This document shows, in pieces, positions 39,611 to 48,826 of a stretch of 64,000 nt of DNA (its first letter is position 1; every line of letters starts with the position of its first letter). This DNA comes from a virus: positions 1 to 64,000 of the IMG/VR virus record IMGVR_UViG_3300037483_000076, one strand, 5' to 3'. Under the pieces are notes generated by a model, which was not told where the DNA came from, searched no databases, and saw only the letters and a program-made list of their open reading frames with translations. The translations under genes and the position numbers were made by a program.

Positions 39611-39748
39611 TGGACTCTAGACAGGATTCGAACCTGTACGACTAATCCCACCTCAATCTTTCGATATATAGTATTCGTGAATCATAGTCTAAGCGAATAC
39701 CTAGCGTCTACCACGACTGGGTAACCCAATCCTTTCACCACTAGAGTC
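39611..39748 (-). ncRNA. Enlarged tRNA-like RNA (tRNA-Leu-like scaffold with inserted hairpins)
   Basis: Acceptor GACTCTAG/CTAGAGTC, T-arm ACAGG-TTCGAAT-CCTGT, TGGTG...GGTAGACGC D-arm remnants; no canonical anticodon arm. Confidence 0.7.
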
Positions 39749-39799
39749 TTTATACTGTTATAAAAAGATACTATCTCTTTAACATCACAGTCAGTGTTA

Positions 39800-40126
39800 T
39801 TATGCAGTTACTACTACTGAAGTAAGATTAAATTCATATTTAGGTTCTTCACCAAATAAGTCTTTAAATGTTTCCAATGCTTCAGTAAATGACTTAGTTG
39901 CCATCTTAACTTTAAGGGCTAATTTAGCAATTGTACTAAAATCTGGTTTGTTCTGTGAATCAACCTTAGATTTACGAAGGTCTGTTTCAGAAGTTTTAAC
40001 TTCTTTATACATGTTGAACAATTCTCCTTCTGCTTGAATTTGAAGTTCTAATGCCGATTCTTCTAATTTAGTTACTTCAGCTTTGTCGTTTTGTGCTTTC
40101 CAAAAAGATACTAAAAAATTTGTCAT
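39800..40126 (-). CDS. Hypothetical protein (helical)
   Basis: 108-aa ORF in block orientation. Confidence 0.6.
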   Translation of the reverse strand: MTNFLVSFWKAQNDKAEVTKLEESALELQIQAEGELFNMYKEVKTSETDLRKSKVDSQNKPDFSTIAKLALKVKMATKSFTEALETFKDLFGEEPKYEFNLTSVVVTA

Positions 40127-40147
40127 ATTATTTAAGTTTTATATTAT

Positions 40148-40450
40148 TTATATTAATAAAATTAATGTATCTGCTTCAGGTGCAGAAATAACCTTTAAAA
40201 ATACCTTTTCAGTGGTAAAAATATCAATATTTGAATGATTATCGTTCCATTCTTCTTGATCAGTACAACCACAATCGTATTCATCACAATAATAACAATA
40301 TGGAGTGTAACATCCTTTTATATTATTTATAGTTATCCAATAATCTCCAGAAGTATAGTTTACTACTATTCCAGTAGAACCTTCTTCTAATCCATGATAA
40401 CCTCCAGTTAATTGTACAATACAACCATTTTCTATTTCGAGATTTTTCAT
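40148..40450 (-). CDS. Hypothetical SH3/KOW-like Cys-containing protein
   Basis: IENGCIVQL...GSTGIVV; Cys cluster; C-terminus DTLILLI. Confidence 0.5.
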   Translation of the reverse strand: MKNLEIENGCIVQLTGGYHGLEEGSTGIVVNYTSGDYWITINNIKGCYTPYCYYCDEYDCGCTDQEEWNDNHSNIDIFTTEKVFLKVISAPEADTLILLI

Positions 40451-40671
40451 AATAGTAGGATTAGTATGTCTTGGGATGGACTAATTAATTCTAATTCACT
40501 TGGAGTATACCAATATCCATGTCCACTTTTACATGTATATGAACAATGATGTCCCATCATATAATCATCATGTTCTACTCCAAGTGTATCTCCTTCTTTA
40601 CACATAATTATACCAGGTGAACGAGTTGTGTAAATAATAGACTTAACTCTATCTCCAACTTTAAATTCCAT
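40447..40671 (-). CDS. Hypothetical SH3/KOW-like protein
   Basis: FKVGDRVK...GVEHD...GHHC...GHGYWY...ELELI; C-terminus DILILLL. Confidence 0.6.
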   Translation of the reverse strand: MEFKVGDRVKSIIYTTRSPGIIMCKEGDTLGVEHDDYMMGHHCSYTCKSGHGYWYTPSELELISPSQDILILLL

Positions 40672-40677
40672 ATATTT

Positions 40678-40770
40678 AGCTATTTAGAAGCCCTACATTA
40701 AACGATCTATACGAAGTAATAGTTTATATCACTTTATATAGATCGTTTAATCATGAGGCTTAAAATGGGT
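40678..40770. repeat. Dispersed element, copy 4 (intergenic, 15-bp perfect inverted repeat)
   Basis: ATTAAACGATCTATA (40697-40711) / TATAGATCGTTTAAT (40737-40751); GC at 40690 and 40758. Confidence 0.75.
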
Positions 40771-40773
40771 TAA

Positions 40774-41577
40774 TTACCAACTTATACCGAAAGGAATAAA
40801 CCAATCGTAATTACCACTTTTTTTACTACGATTTAACCGTTCTTGTTCATCGCGATTTTTACGTAATTCCTGTTCTTTTTCCTGTATCTCCTTTTCAGCA
40901 GCTACACGAACAGCCTGATTAGTAAGAGCTAACCATATACGTTTAAAGATGTTCATACCAATAAACTCATCAACTTGTCCTTTAAGTTTCTTAATTTGAA
41001 GTTTCAGAGTAGCTATTTCCTCAGTACGAAGTTTTTCTAACTGTTCATCAGTCTTATCTTCTTTTACTTTAGTAATCTCTTCCTGTAATTCTTTAATTTT
41101 AAGATCTTTCTTAGTAGTTCGTTCTTTATAGTCACGTTCTAGTTCTTCACCACGAAGTGTGTATAATTGACGAGTATTAGCTATTTCTGAATCCTTGTCT
41201 TTACGGAATCTCTCAATTTTATCGTTATGATCTTCAACAGCTTTCTTAGTAGTCTTTAATTCAGACTCTAATTTTTCTATCTCAGATTTAAATTTCTTTT
41301 CAGTAGCCTTTTCTATATCAAGTTTAACAGAATCAAGATTACGATATTCAATTATATTAGCTGGGACATATCCAAAACGATCTACTCCTTGTTGAATTAT
41401 ACGAACTTCAGGTTGTTTAGATTTAAGTTCTTCAATTTGACGTTCAAGAGTACTAATATGAGATTCCTGAGTACCTATTTCACGATTAAGTGATTCTACA
41501 TTAGTTTTAGAACTATTTAATTCTTCAGTTAATTCTAATACTTTATTTACTAAAGACATATCTTGTGTATTTTCCAT
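40774..41577 (-). CDS. Coiled-coil protein
   Basis: 267 aa, E/K-rich heptads. Confidence 0.65.
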   Translation of the reverse strand: MENTQDMSLVNKVLELTEELNSSKTNVESLNREIGTQESHISTLERQIEELKSKQPEVRIIQQGVDRFGYVPANIIEYRNLDSVKLDIEKATEKKFKSEIEKLESELKTTKKAVEDHNDKIERFRKDKDSEIANTRQLYTLRGEELERDYKERTTKKDLKIKELQEEITKVKEDKTDEQLEKLRTEEIATLKLQIKKLKGQVDEFIGMNIFKRIWLALTNQAVRVAAEKEIQEKEQELRKNRDEQERLNRSKKSGNYDWFIPFGISW

Positions 41578-41629
41578 AATTATATTTGGATTATTTGTTA
41601 TTATTTGTAAATTGTCAAAATTGATGTAA

Positions 41630-42178
41630 TTATTTTATATAGATATATTTGTCTATATTTATATAAGTAATTATTGATTTAATTATAGAATCTAAATCAG
41701 TAACTTGAATTAATTGTAATCTAGTTTCTAAATCTAATATAATTGGATTAACTACTGACCAATCGTATTGGTTAATGTTAAGAATTCTTAGTGCTTCATT
41801 AGAATTACTTCTTTCTAAAGAAATTAATTCATCTTTTTTAAGTTCTTCAATTAATTCATTAGATGCATTTGCTAACCAATTGATTACAGATGTATCTCCA
41901 CTCCAATCTGATTCTGTTTTTACATATTTTTCATCTATATCTTTAAGTTTACGATATAATTCGGCTACTTCAAGATTAGTCTGATATTCTTTTTCAATAG
42001 AATCAACTTTGTTTTTGTAATCATCAGATTCTATTATTTCAACTAGTGCTTTCTTATAAGCATCAGAAGATTTAATTTCTTCCATTTTGGTTTCTAACTG
42101 TGGTTTGATATAATCTCTTTTAATTATATCTAATATATTGTTAATCTGATTGTCGTTCAACAATTGGATCTCTGTCAT
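41630..42178 (-). CDS. Hypothetical protein
   Basis: 182-aa ORF in block orientation. Confidence 0.6.
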   Translation of the reverse strand: MTEIQLLNDNQINNILDIIKRDYIKPQLETKMEEIKSSDAYKKALVEIIESDDYKNKVDSIEKEYQTNLEVAELYRKLKDIDEKYVKTESDWSGDTSVINWLANASNELIEELKKDELISLERSNSNEALRILNINQYDWSVVNPIILDLETRLQLIQVTDLDSIIKSIITYINIDKYIYIK

Positions 42179-42653
42179 TTTCTAAAAGTTTAAAATTAAA
42201 CATGTTGTATAACGATCCCATATTTCTAGTCTCCTGTTGGAGATTAAATTTGGGCCAGTACTCCTTCTCTAAGGAAGGATATAGAACTTTGTTAGCTTTT
42301 GCTGACCAGTAATCTAATATTTTTTGTGTCTTATATAAAACACTGTGAAAGTAAGAATTTTTATCTTCTTGCCAAAAGTAAAGTATCTGTTGTTTTGATT
42401 TATCTGATAATTTTGAATATTTACTTCTGGTTATTAAGTCTCTTTCTGGTATGATATCTTTAGGTAGTCTGAATCTAGCTATATTGTTATCATACTCTAT
42501 AATTATACTATTTTCTGGATCTATCATTTTACTATCAGAAATATAGCAGTTTGTAAAATTGTCGAAAATTAAGGCAGTGTAAGTTATCTCTGGATATAGT
42601 AATGGAAGTAAGAATATAGTAGTTTTACTCTTCTTTATATCTATAATATCCAT
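42141..42653 (-). CDS. Hypothetical protein
   Basis: SKTTIFLLPLL, SKYSKLSDKSKQQIL; coupled to exonuclease gene. Confidence 0.6.
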   Translation of the reverse strand: MDIIDIKKSKTTIFLLPLLYPEITYTALIFDNFTNCYISDSKMIDPENSIIIEYDNNIARFRLPKDIIPERDLITRSKYSKLSDKSKQQILYFWQEDKNSYFHSVLYKTQKILDYWSAKANKVLYPSLEKEYWPKFNLQQETRNMGSLYNMFNFKLLENDRDPIVERQSD

Positions 42654-43624
42654 TATAATATCTCTACTCCATTATTAATATAGTACTCTTGTCTATGTTC
42701 CCATTGGTTATTATCATAATGCCATTTAATCTTAGGGAGCACTTCTTCTATTTCATTTAATCCTCTAGATAACCAATCTTCAGATATTTCTAATACTCTA
42801 CATTCAGGAAGATCTCCTTTCTGTAAACCTACTATATATGTCTTCTTAGTATATTCATCTACATTGATATCCTTATCTTTACAGAATTGATGTAATGCTG
42901 CCCAATAGAATGCCATTTGTCGATAATAACTAAATTCTTCAAATGAATGAGAGAATTCACCTAAATTAGATGTAGTTTTTATATCTACTAGCTTAATTAT
43001 CTTATTAGTATGATCTATTACTAGTCTATCTAACATAGATTTACATGGTATTCCAAACCATTCAAAGAATATGATATTTTCATTATATTCTTCTATGTTC
43101 ATCATTCTATCCTCACCTGTAAGATATAGAAGTTTACTAGCTGCAATATGTGTTTTAGTATATTCTGCTAAATCTTCTATTAACTTATTGTCAGTATATG
43201 TCAATACATCTTTAACTTCAGATCTTTTCTTAAGGTAACTAATATATTTACTTAATTGTTTCTTAAGTTCCGTTGCTTTCTCAAGTATTTTTTCATCCGA
43301 TATCTTGTCTGAGGTATAGTTACTTTTATATGCAAAAAGTAATCTCTTGTCTGCTGTCTTGGATCTACAGGTGATGTAGTCTTCACAAAATTTACGCTGG
43401 TTCTCGGACTTAGGAGTGTCATAATCCAAGAATATATAATTTTTATCAAACTCATTTGGCTCTAGTATTTTCATGTGAATCTTCTTACCTATCTCAAAGT
43501 ATCTTTTAGTTTCCTGTTCTATTTCTTTATCAAGCATTTTCTTGAAGAATAGAGGAGATTGTTCAAACCACTTCAGTGATGATGAAGATACTCGTTTCTC
43601 ACTATAATATTCTTTCTCTGTCAT
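42653..43624 (-). CDS. PD-(D/E)XK exonuclease (exonuclease VIII/DUF3799-like)
   Basis: VSSSSLK, G..IH..ILEP, KSMLDRL, VDIKTT, YYRQMAFY. Confidence 0.85.
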   Translation of the reverse strand: MTEKEYYSEKRVSSSSLKWFEQSPLFFKKMLDKEIEQETKRYFEIGKKIHMKILEPNEFDKNYIFLDYDTPKSENQRKFCEDYITCRSKTADKRLLFAYKSNYTSDKISDEKILEKATELKKQLSKYISYLKKRSEVKDVLTYTDNKLIEDLAEYTKTHIAASKLLYLTGEDRMMNIEEYNENIIFFEWFGIPCKSMLDRLVIDHTNKIIKLVDIKTTSNLGEFSHSFEEFSYYRQMAFYWAALHQFCKDKDINVDEYTKKTYIVGLQKGDLPECRVLEISEDWLSRGLNEIEEVLPKIKWHYDNNQWEHRQEYYINNGVEIL

Positions 43625-43776
43625 TATATATCATATAAATCGTCGATTAATGTATCGACCGGTAAATCTACTAATGCTTGAATTATCTCATCTTTTATAA
43701 GTAATAATGTAGCATCTGGTAAATCATCTATATGATAGTTTAATATTTCTAATATTAAATTGTCTACTATTTTCAT
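43624..43776 (-). CDS. Small acidic protein (50 aa), not in ORF track
   Basis: MKIVDNLILEILNYHIDDLPDATLLLIKDEIIQALVDLPVDTLIDDLYDI; ATGA overlap with upstream gene and TAATG overlap with downstream gene. Confidence 0.75.
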   Translation of the reverse strand: MKIVDNLILEILNYHIDDLPDATLLLIKDEIIQALVDLPVDTLIDDLYDI

Positions 43777-44219
43777 TTATTTGACTGTATTAATTCTATA
43801 CATTGATCTACCTGTTTTTGATTCTTTGGTAAATATAAGTCAAATTTGATATTGTTGTCAGTTAGATATTTCTTAAATATTTTCCACCGAAGTAAAAATG
43901 AGTCTGTTGCAACTCCTTTAGTTTCTATTAACCATCCATTTCCTACGAAATCCGGTGTGTATTTCATAGATTGATATTTAGGGGTACGCTTAGATAATAA
44001 AGCACCTCTTTTCTTATCACTTTCATATACAAGATATTGATATGTAAATGGTAATTGTAATACAAAACTTGTAGGTGTATATTCAAAGACTAGTTCAGCT
44101 TTCTTTAATGCTTTGTAACAATATACTTCTAAATTACTATCAAAAGTAATTCCATCGTATACAGGTTTATCTTTACGCTTACTAGGACTATTTATTCTCT
44201 TTTTTCCTAGTTTCTTCAT
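43773..44219 (-). CDS. PD-(D/E)XK endonuclease (DUF1064/endonuclease I-like, candidate resolvase)
   Basis: YDGITFDSNLE, YTPDF, IETKG. Confidence 0.8.
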   Translation of the reverse strand: MKKLGKKRINSPSKRKDKPVYDGITFDSNLEVYCYKALKKAELVFEYTPTSFVLQLPFTYQYLVYESDKKRGALLSKRTPKYQSMKYTPDFVGNGWLIETKGVATDSFLLRWKIFKKYLTDNNIKFDLYLPKNQKQVDQCIELIQSNK

Positions 44220-44550
44220 TACAATCTAAAATTAGTAATTCATTTTCAGCAGATAATTTATCTAACCATTGTTTCCATTCGTAATGATATTGCCAAAACA
44301 TTGCATTTGCCATAATATGACCTATATGTCTTTGTTGAGATTCAGGATCTATAATTTCACCAGACATTAGTGCAAATAAGTGTCTACTTAAAGACTCCAG
44401 TACTTGATTAAGGTCTAATCCCTTTTTCCAATTTTCTCTAGCATATTTTTGTGCCCCATATTCCATAACTCTTACTAATGGTTCTAGTGATTTAAAATCT
44501 ATTAAGCTCCATTGTAGTTTACCTTCATTATATCTTAGACTTTGTTCCAT
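44188..44550 (-). CDS. DUF5664 dATP/dGTP diphosphohydrolase-like protein
   Basis: RYNEGKLQWSL, VMEYGAQKY..ENWKKG, SLSRHL, DPES...HIGH...NAMF. Confidence 0.85.
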   Translation of the reverse strand: MEQSLRYNEGKLQWSLIDFKSLEPLVRVMEYGAQKYARENWKKGLDLNQVLESLSRHLFALMSGEIIDPESQQRHIGHIMANAMFWQYHYEWKQWLDKLSAENELLILDCNEETRKKENK

Positions 44551-45514
44551 CTAATAAATTATTTAATAGTTCTTTACTATTATCTAATCCATATTCTTTT
44601 GTATAATCTGAAATGTCTTTAGGTTTATCTTCTGGAATAAATATTGTTGTTAATTCAAATTTGTTAACTATCTTATTAGCACCATTACGTCCAGCTTGAT
44701 CGTTATCATAGAAGACGATTATCTTAGTGAATCTATCTTTTAATGTAGTTATAACTTTCTCTGGAATAGAGTGATTCTCTCCTTGTGGAGCAATAGCTTG
44801 ATACCCTAATTTGTGGAGTACCATCACATCTTTTAATGCCTTAGTAATTATTAGGAGATCTCCTTTCATAGATAGTTGTTCATATCCTTGAATATCATAT
44901 GATCCACAATTACTAATCCATTTATATTTCTTTTCTGATAAGGGTTTATATATCTTAAACTTATTGTATAATTCATATGCATACCCTGGATTTGCCTGTT
45001 TATAGGACCAAGGTTGAATTATCCCATTTAACCAGTATTCAGATATAGGATATACACTAAAGTGTCTTAAATCGTCTCTAAATAGGCTAAATTGACCCCA
45101 GTACTCATCATCAGCTTTACAGAAGGGTTTCTTCTTAACAGATATAATAGTACTTATAGTCTTATAATCTTGTTGAATATCTATACCTTCTACAGAGTAT
45201 GTTAGATTATCATTCTCTATATCAATAAGTATTCTTAATACCGCTTCTCTATATGATATACCAAACAATTTGGATACAAATGTTATACAATTACCAAATA
45301 TACCAGTTGCCTGATCTTTGAATAGTAATTGTCCATATTTCTCTGATTTGAATATACCAAATGAGGGGTGTTTATCTTTTCTTAAAGGTGATAACATTAT
45401 CTTACCAATTTCGAAGAAATCTCCTATATAATATGAGTATATGTCATATTCTGTAGTAGATTCTAGTATAGTTTGTAATGATAGTTCCTCATCTATTAAT
45501 CTTGTATCATACAT
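44528..45514 (-). CDS. dnaG: DNA primase (TOPRIM)
   Basis: SPLRKDKHPSF, IITKALKDVM, APQGE, FYDNDQAG, KPKDISD. Confidence 0.88.
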   Translation of the reverse strand: MYDTRLIDEELSLQTILESTTEYDIYSYYIGDFFEIGKIMLSPLRKDKHPSFGIFKSEKYGQLLFKDQATGIFGNCITFVSKLFGISYREAVLRILIDIENDNLTYSVEGIDIQQDYKTISTIISVKKKPFCKADDEYWGQFSLFRDDLRHFSVYPISEYWLNGIIQPWSYKQANPGYAYELYNKFKIYKPLSEKKYKWISNCGSYDIQGYEQLSMKGDLLIITKALKDVMVLHKLGYQAIAPQGENHSIPEKVITTLKDRFTKIIVFYDNDQAGRNGANKIVNKFELTTIFIPEDKPKDISDYTKEYGLDNSKELLNNLLDGTKSKI

Positions 45515-45780
45515 TATCCTGCATTAAATGATGATATTAATATAAATGGTTCTACTTCTTCTCCTAAATATGTACCGACTAATTCTATTGTAGTCTTATC
45601 TACATTTGTCCAAAAAGATATTTTGACATAATAACTATTTTCATCCCAATTATGGGATTCATCTGCACCACTTTCTTGTGCCATATTTCTAACTTCTTCT
45701 TCAGAATTAGCTACTATACAAAATGAATCTATTGAATCATAATCTACCGATTCGTTTGCTGTTATAAGATATATATTCAT
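45514..45780 (-). CDS. Hypothetical protein
   Basis: YDSIDSFCIVANSEEE...SSFNAG small phage protein. Confidence 0.65.
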   Translation of the reverse strand: MNIYLITANESVDYDSIDSFCIVANSEEEVRNMAQESGADESHNWDENSYYVKISFWTNVDKTTIELVGTYLGEEVEPFILISSFNAG

Positions 45781-45792
45781 AATATTAAAGAA

Positions 45793-45823
45793 TAAAAGGA
45801 CTAGTCTGTTACAACTAGTCCTT
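45793..45823 (-). terminator. Intrinsic terminator
   Basis: 10-bp stem AAGGACTAGT/ACTAGTCCTT with T-run on - strand. Confidence 0.7.
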
Positions 45824-45845
45824 GGGGGTAATCTATATATATTTA

Positions 45846-46424
45846 TTAAAAAGGAATTTCTGATGTTATAAATGGATTTACAGTAGTAGACTGTGTATCT
45901 GGCTTTCTTTCCATAGTGTCTATACCCATGATCTTAATAGAAGTTTCTTTATTGTTATCTCCTAAGTTACCATTTGTATCCATTCTTTCAATGAACCTAA
46001 ACTTCCAGTAATTTGGTAAACTAGTGTATTTGGTAGCACCAGAATATACAAATTTTACACGAAGTTTAACTCCAACATATTTATCACCAATTAGTGATAT
46101 AGTTTTCTTAGCAAAGTATTCAAATGAAATTGCACTAAATACAAATTGTTCCTTTGTAATAAAACATAGGGCAATTTGTTTAATACGACTCATTTGATTC
46201 ATTTCTTTTTCAGCTAACTTTTCTGGAGTTTCTGCCGATGCTTTCCATTCTGTGTGAGATCCTTTCGAACCTTTACTATCTACAAAATAGAAGGCTAAGA
46301 ATTCTTTACCATTCTTGCTAATTCCATACTCTACTTTTGTCATTTCGACATTTTCATGGATACCAGCATCAATAAAATTGGCTCCTTTTTCTTCAAATGG
46401 GGTATCTAACGTAACGTTGTACAT
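45846..46424 (-). CDS. Putative single-stranded DNA-binding protein
   Basis: Between AAA_24 ATPase and primase; FIDAGIHENV; SSB-like C-terminus EIPF. Confidence 0.65.
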   Translation of the reverse strand: MYNVTLDTPFEEKGANFIDAGIHENVEMTKVEYGISKNGKEFLAFYFVDSKGSKGSHTEWKASAETPEKLAEKEMNQMSRIKQIALCFITKEQFVFSAISFEYFAKKTISLIGDKYVGVKLRVKFVYSGATKYTSLPNYWKFRFIERMDTNGNLGDNNKETSIKIMGIDTMERKPDTQSTTVNPFITSEIPF

Positions 46425-46510
46425 ACTTAATTTATTTTATAAGTAGTATTCACAACTTTAATAAGGCATTTCTGATAACTTAGTTATTTTTGCTTGAATA
46501 CTTATTGTTA

Positions 46511-47167
46511 TTAATTATTATTGTTTAAAATTGTTCTTACGTATTGAAGTAATTCGTTTGCATCATTTGGAATAGAATCTTCTCCATCTTTCATAAAGAT
46601 AGGTGGAGTTTTGGCACTTGTTTTTCCATCTGATAATAAATCTAGTACATATTCCCTTTTACCTGTTCCCATTTTCACTTCTGCAAATGTTACTATAGTA
46701 AATTCTTTTTCTACACCAGTTTTATTCCATTCATTACCTTTTATTGCAATACGTCTTTCTGCTACACCATTCTCTGTTTCTACGTTTGCTGAATGAGCAG
46801 TTACAATGATATCTTTAGGATATTTTTTAATTATAAAAAGTAGTTTTCCCACCTCTTCGTTAAACATATTCCATATATCAAAGTTCTTTTTAGTTTCTCT
46901 ACATGTTTTTAATAAACTATCTGTGTATGCAGAAAAACTATCTAATACTACTTCTGTAATGGTTGTATCTTTGGCAAATTCGAGAAGTTTTTGGTAAGTT
47001 TCTTGCCAACTTATAGGAGTAGCGTAGTGTTCGAATTTATTTATAAAAGGAAGAGGTTTACCTTCAGCATTTATAAATCCACAAGTTTTAGAATTCATGT
47101 TACGGAGAGACATTGTCTTTCCCTTACCTGACATTCCTACTATCGCTATTTGATAAGGTACAATCAT
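46511..47167 (-). CDS. AAA_24/Sak4-like ATPase
   Basis: GMSGKGKT, EGKPLPF, VVLDS, VTAH, SAKTP. Confidence 0.85.
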   Translation of the reverse strand: MIVPYQIAIVGMSGKGKTMSLRNMNSKTCGFINAEGKPLPFINKFEHYATPISWQETYQKLLEFAKDTTITEVVLDSFSAYTDSLLKTCRETKKNFDIWNMFNEEVGKLLFIIKKYPKDIIVTAHSANVETENGVAERRIAIKGNEWNKTGVEKEFTIVTFAEVKMGTGKREYVLDLLSDGKTSAKTPPIFMKDGEDSIPNDANELLQYVRTILNNNN

Positions 47168-47181
47168 TAATTGTTTTTATT

Positions 47182-47281
47182 AAAAAAGACTATTGGTTAA
47201 CTAGATACATCTCTTATTATCGGGCAAGTCTAAATTGTCCGGTTAGTTTGAACTAACTTATCATAATTAACCAATAGTCTT
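47182..47281 (-). other. Structured intergenic element (15-bp closing stem with internal hairpins, terminator-like)
   Basis: AAGACTATTGGTTAA (47186-47200) / TTAACCAATAGTCTT (47267-47281). Confidence 0.6.
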
Positions 47282-47290
47282 ATGGGTTAA

Positions 47291-47866
47291 TTATATTAGT
47301 TGTAAATAGTAACCTTTATAGTCACTTAATACTTCAAATTTCTGACCACGAATTTTTACAGTTTCTTCACCATAAAAATTTGTATGAATATCATACTGGT
47401 CATAACCAACTTTAACATAATTGTTAAAAATAGTTACTTTTTCTTCTTTACGATTAGAAACCCATTCACCATCACGAATGATAGTGTCACGTCGACACTT
47501 TGTATTAAATGGACAGTAGTCACAAATATCACAAGTTGTCTTTGGTTTATAGATGTTTGTAAAAAAGTTGTTGATCAGTTTTTCAACTTTATTGAAGTCA
47601 TCCGAAAGTTTATATATAGGAAGATCTAAATCCATAGCGTCATTAGTGCTATTTTCTAGATAAACATCTTTTGTTTTAAATACTAGGTAATCACCATATT
47701 TAAGTTTAGTACTTACTTTATCGTATTTATTGATCAATTTAACTAAAGCTGCTATATATAAAGGTCCACGATCGTTTACCTTAACTACAAATTCTTTAGC
47801 TAATTGTTCTTTTTTCGGAACTTCTGTCAAAAATGATAAAACTGATAATTCTATGATATTAATCAT
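47291..47866 (-). CDS. Hypothetical protein
   Basis: 191 aa; CDICDYCPF..KC cluster. Confidence 0.6.
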   Translation of the reverse strand: MINIIELSVLSFLTEVPKKEQLAKEFVVKVNDRGPLYIAALVKLINKYDKVSTKLKYGDYLVFKTKDVYLENSTNDAMDLDLPIYKLSDDFNKVEKLINNFFTNIYKPKTTCDICDYCPFNTKCRRDTIIRDGEWVSNRKEEKVTIFNNYVKVGYDQYDIHTNFYGEETVKIRGQKFEVLSDYKGYYLQLI

Positions 47867-47878
47867 AATTATTAATTA

Positions 47879-48826
47879 TTATTGGTTTGATATTGGTATA
47901 TACTCATCTATTGAGTTATATTTCAAATTATTAACAAAGGATAAGATCTTTGGTTCCCCATCTCGTACCTTGAGTAGATGCATGTATATCATATTAGCAA
48001 CTGGCCAATGGTTGCTACCATATGTTTTCAATCCTAAAATTTCTGGACGATGTAGTACTATTACATAATCTGAACCTTGATATACACTATCTGATGAAGA
48101 CAAATCTCTCCTTTGTGGAAAATGTAGAAGCGGATTGTTAATGCGTTCTGTAGCTTCTATTTCCCGGTTTAACTGTGATAATTGAATTATCGTTGTTAGA
48201 CCAATTTTCTTTTGTTCAATGAATAATCTTTGTAGTTCTACTATTGTTTCACGCTCTCCTTGTCCAGGATTAGGTTTTAATAATAAAGTATGATCTAGTA
48301 TTATTACTAACCATTTTTCTTTACTAATTAATTCCCTAAACACGTTAATTGTATTACTTATTTCAGTAACTGAGCCGGGTGTATCAACATAGTAAACTGG
48401 GTAATTTCTTATTTGTTTTGATTCTTGTATTACTCTATTAAAATCATAATCCGAGAGAGTTTTTTCTGCAGTATATAATTCAGAAGTTGTCTTTTTGAGT
48501 TTATAGGATAGCTTTCTACCCACAACTTTGCTCGAAAGCATTTCTAAACTGAACGATAATACTACAAAATCTATATCTGGATTTAGATCAAATAAATCTG
48601 TTTCTAGGGAATTGACAAAAGCCGATTTCCCTGCTCCACTAATACCACATGCTGTAATTACAACATTTGGTTCTAATCCCCCATTACAACTATCATTAAA
48701 TTTCTTCCATTTCGTCTTTAAACTTCTGCTAACTCCTAAACGTCTGTTATTAATGTATGAAACTATATCGTCAGTTGCAATAGATATATGTTTAAATGTT
48801 AAACTTTTATTCGAGGTTGTTTCCAT
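47879..48826 (-). CDS. dnaB: DnaB-like replicative helicase
   Basis: GISGAGKS, FSLEM, ILDH, LSQLNR, KVRDG. Confidence 0.9.
   Translation of the reverse strand: METTSNKSLTFKHISIATDDIVSYINNRRLGVSRSLKTKWKKFNDSCNGGLEPNVVITACGISGAGKSAFVNSLETDLFDLNPDIDFVVLSFSLEMLSSKVVGRKLSYKLKKTTSELYTAEKTLSDYDFNRVIQESKQIRNYPVYYVDTPGSVTEISNTINVFRELISKEKWLVIILDHTLLLKPNPGQGERETIVELQRLFIEQKKIGLTTIIQLSQLNREIEATERINNPLLHFPQRRDLSSSDSVYQGSDYVIVLHRPEILGLKTYGSNHWPVANMIYMHLLKVRDGEPKILSFVNNLKYNSIDEYIPISNQ

Noticed and set aside
39611-39748. Canonical tRNA or tmRNA
   Set aside because: No 5-bp anticodon stem with 7-nt loop; too short for tmRNA and lacks the Ala-type acceptor
44188-44550. DUF5664 as evidence for a 2-aminoadenine or 7-deazaguanine genome
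   Set aside because: No PurZ, DatZ, DpdA or Que genes recognised in this window; the family alone is insufficient
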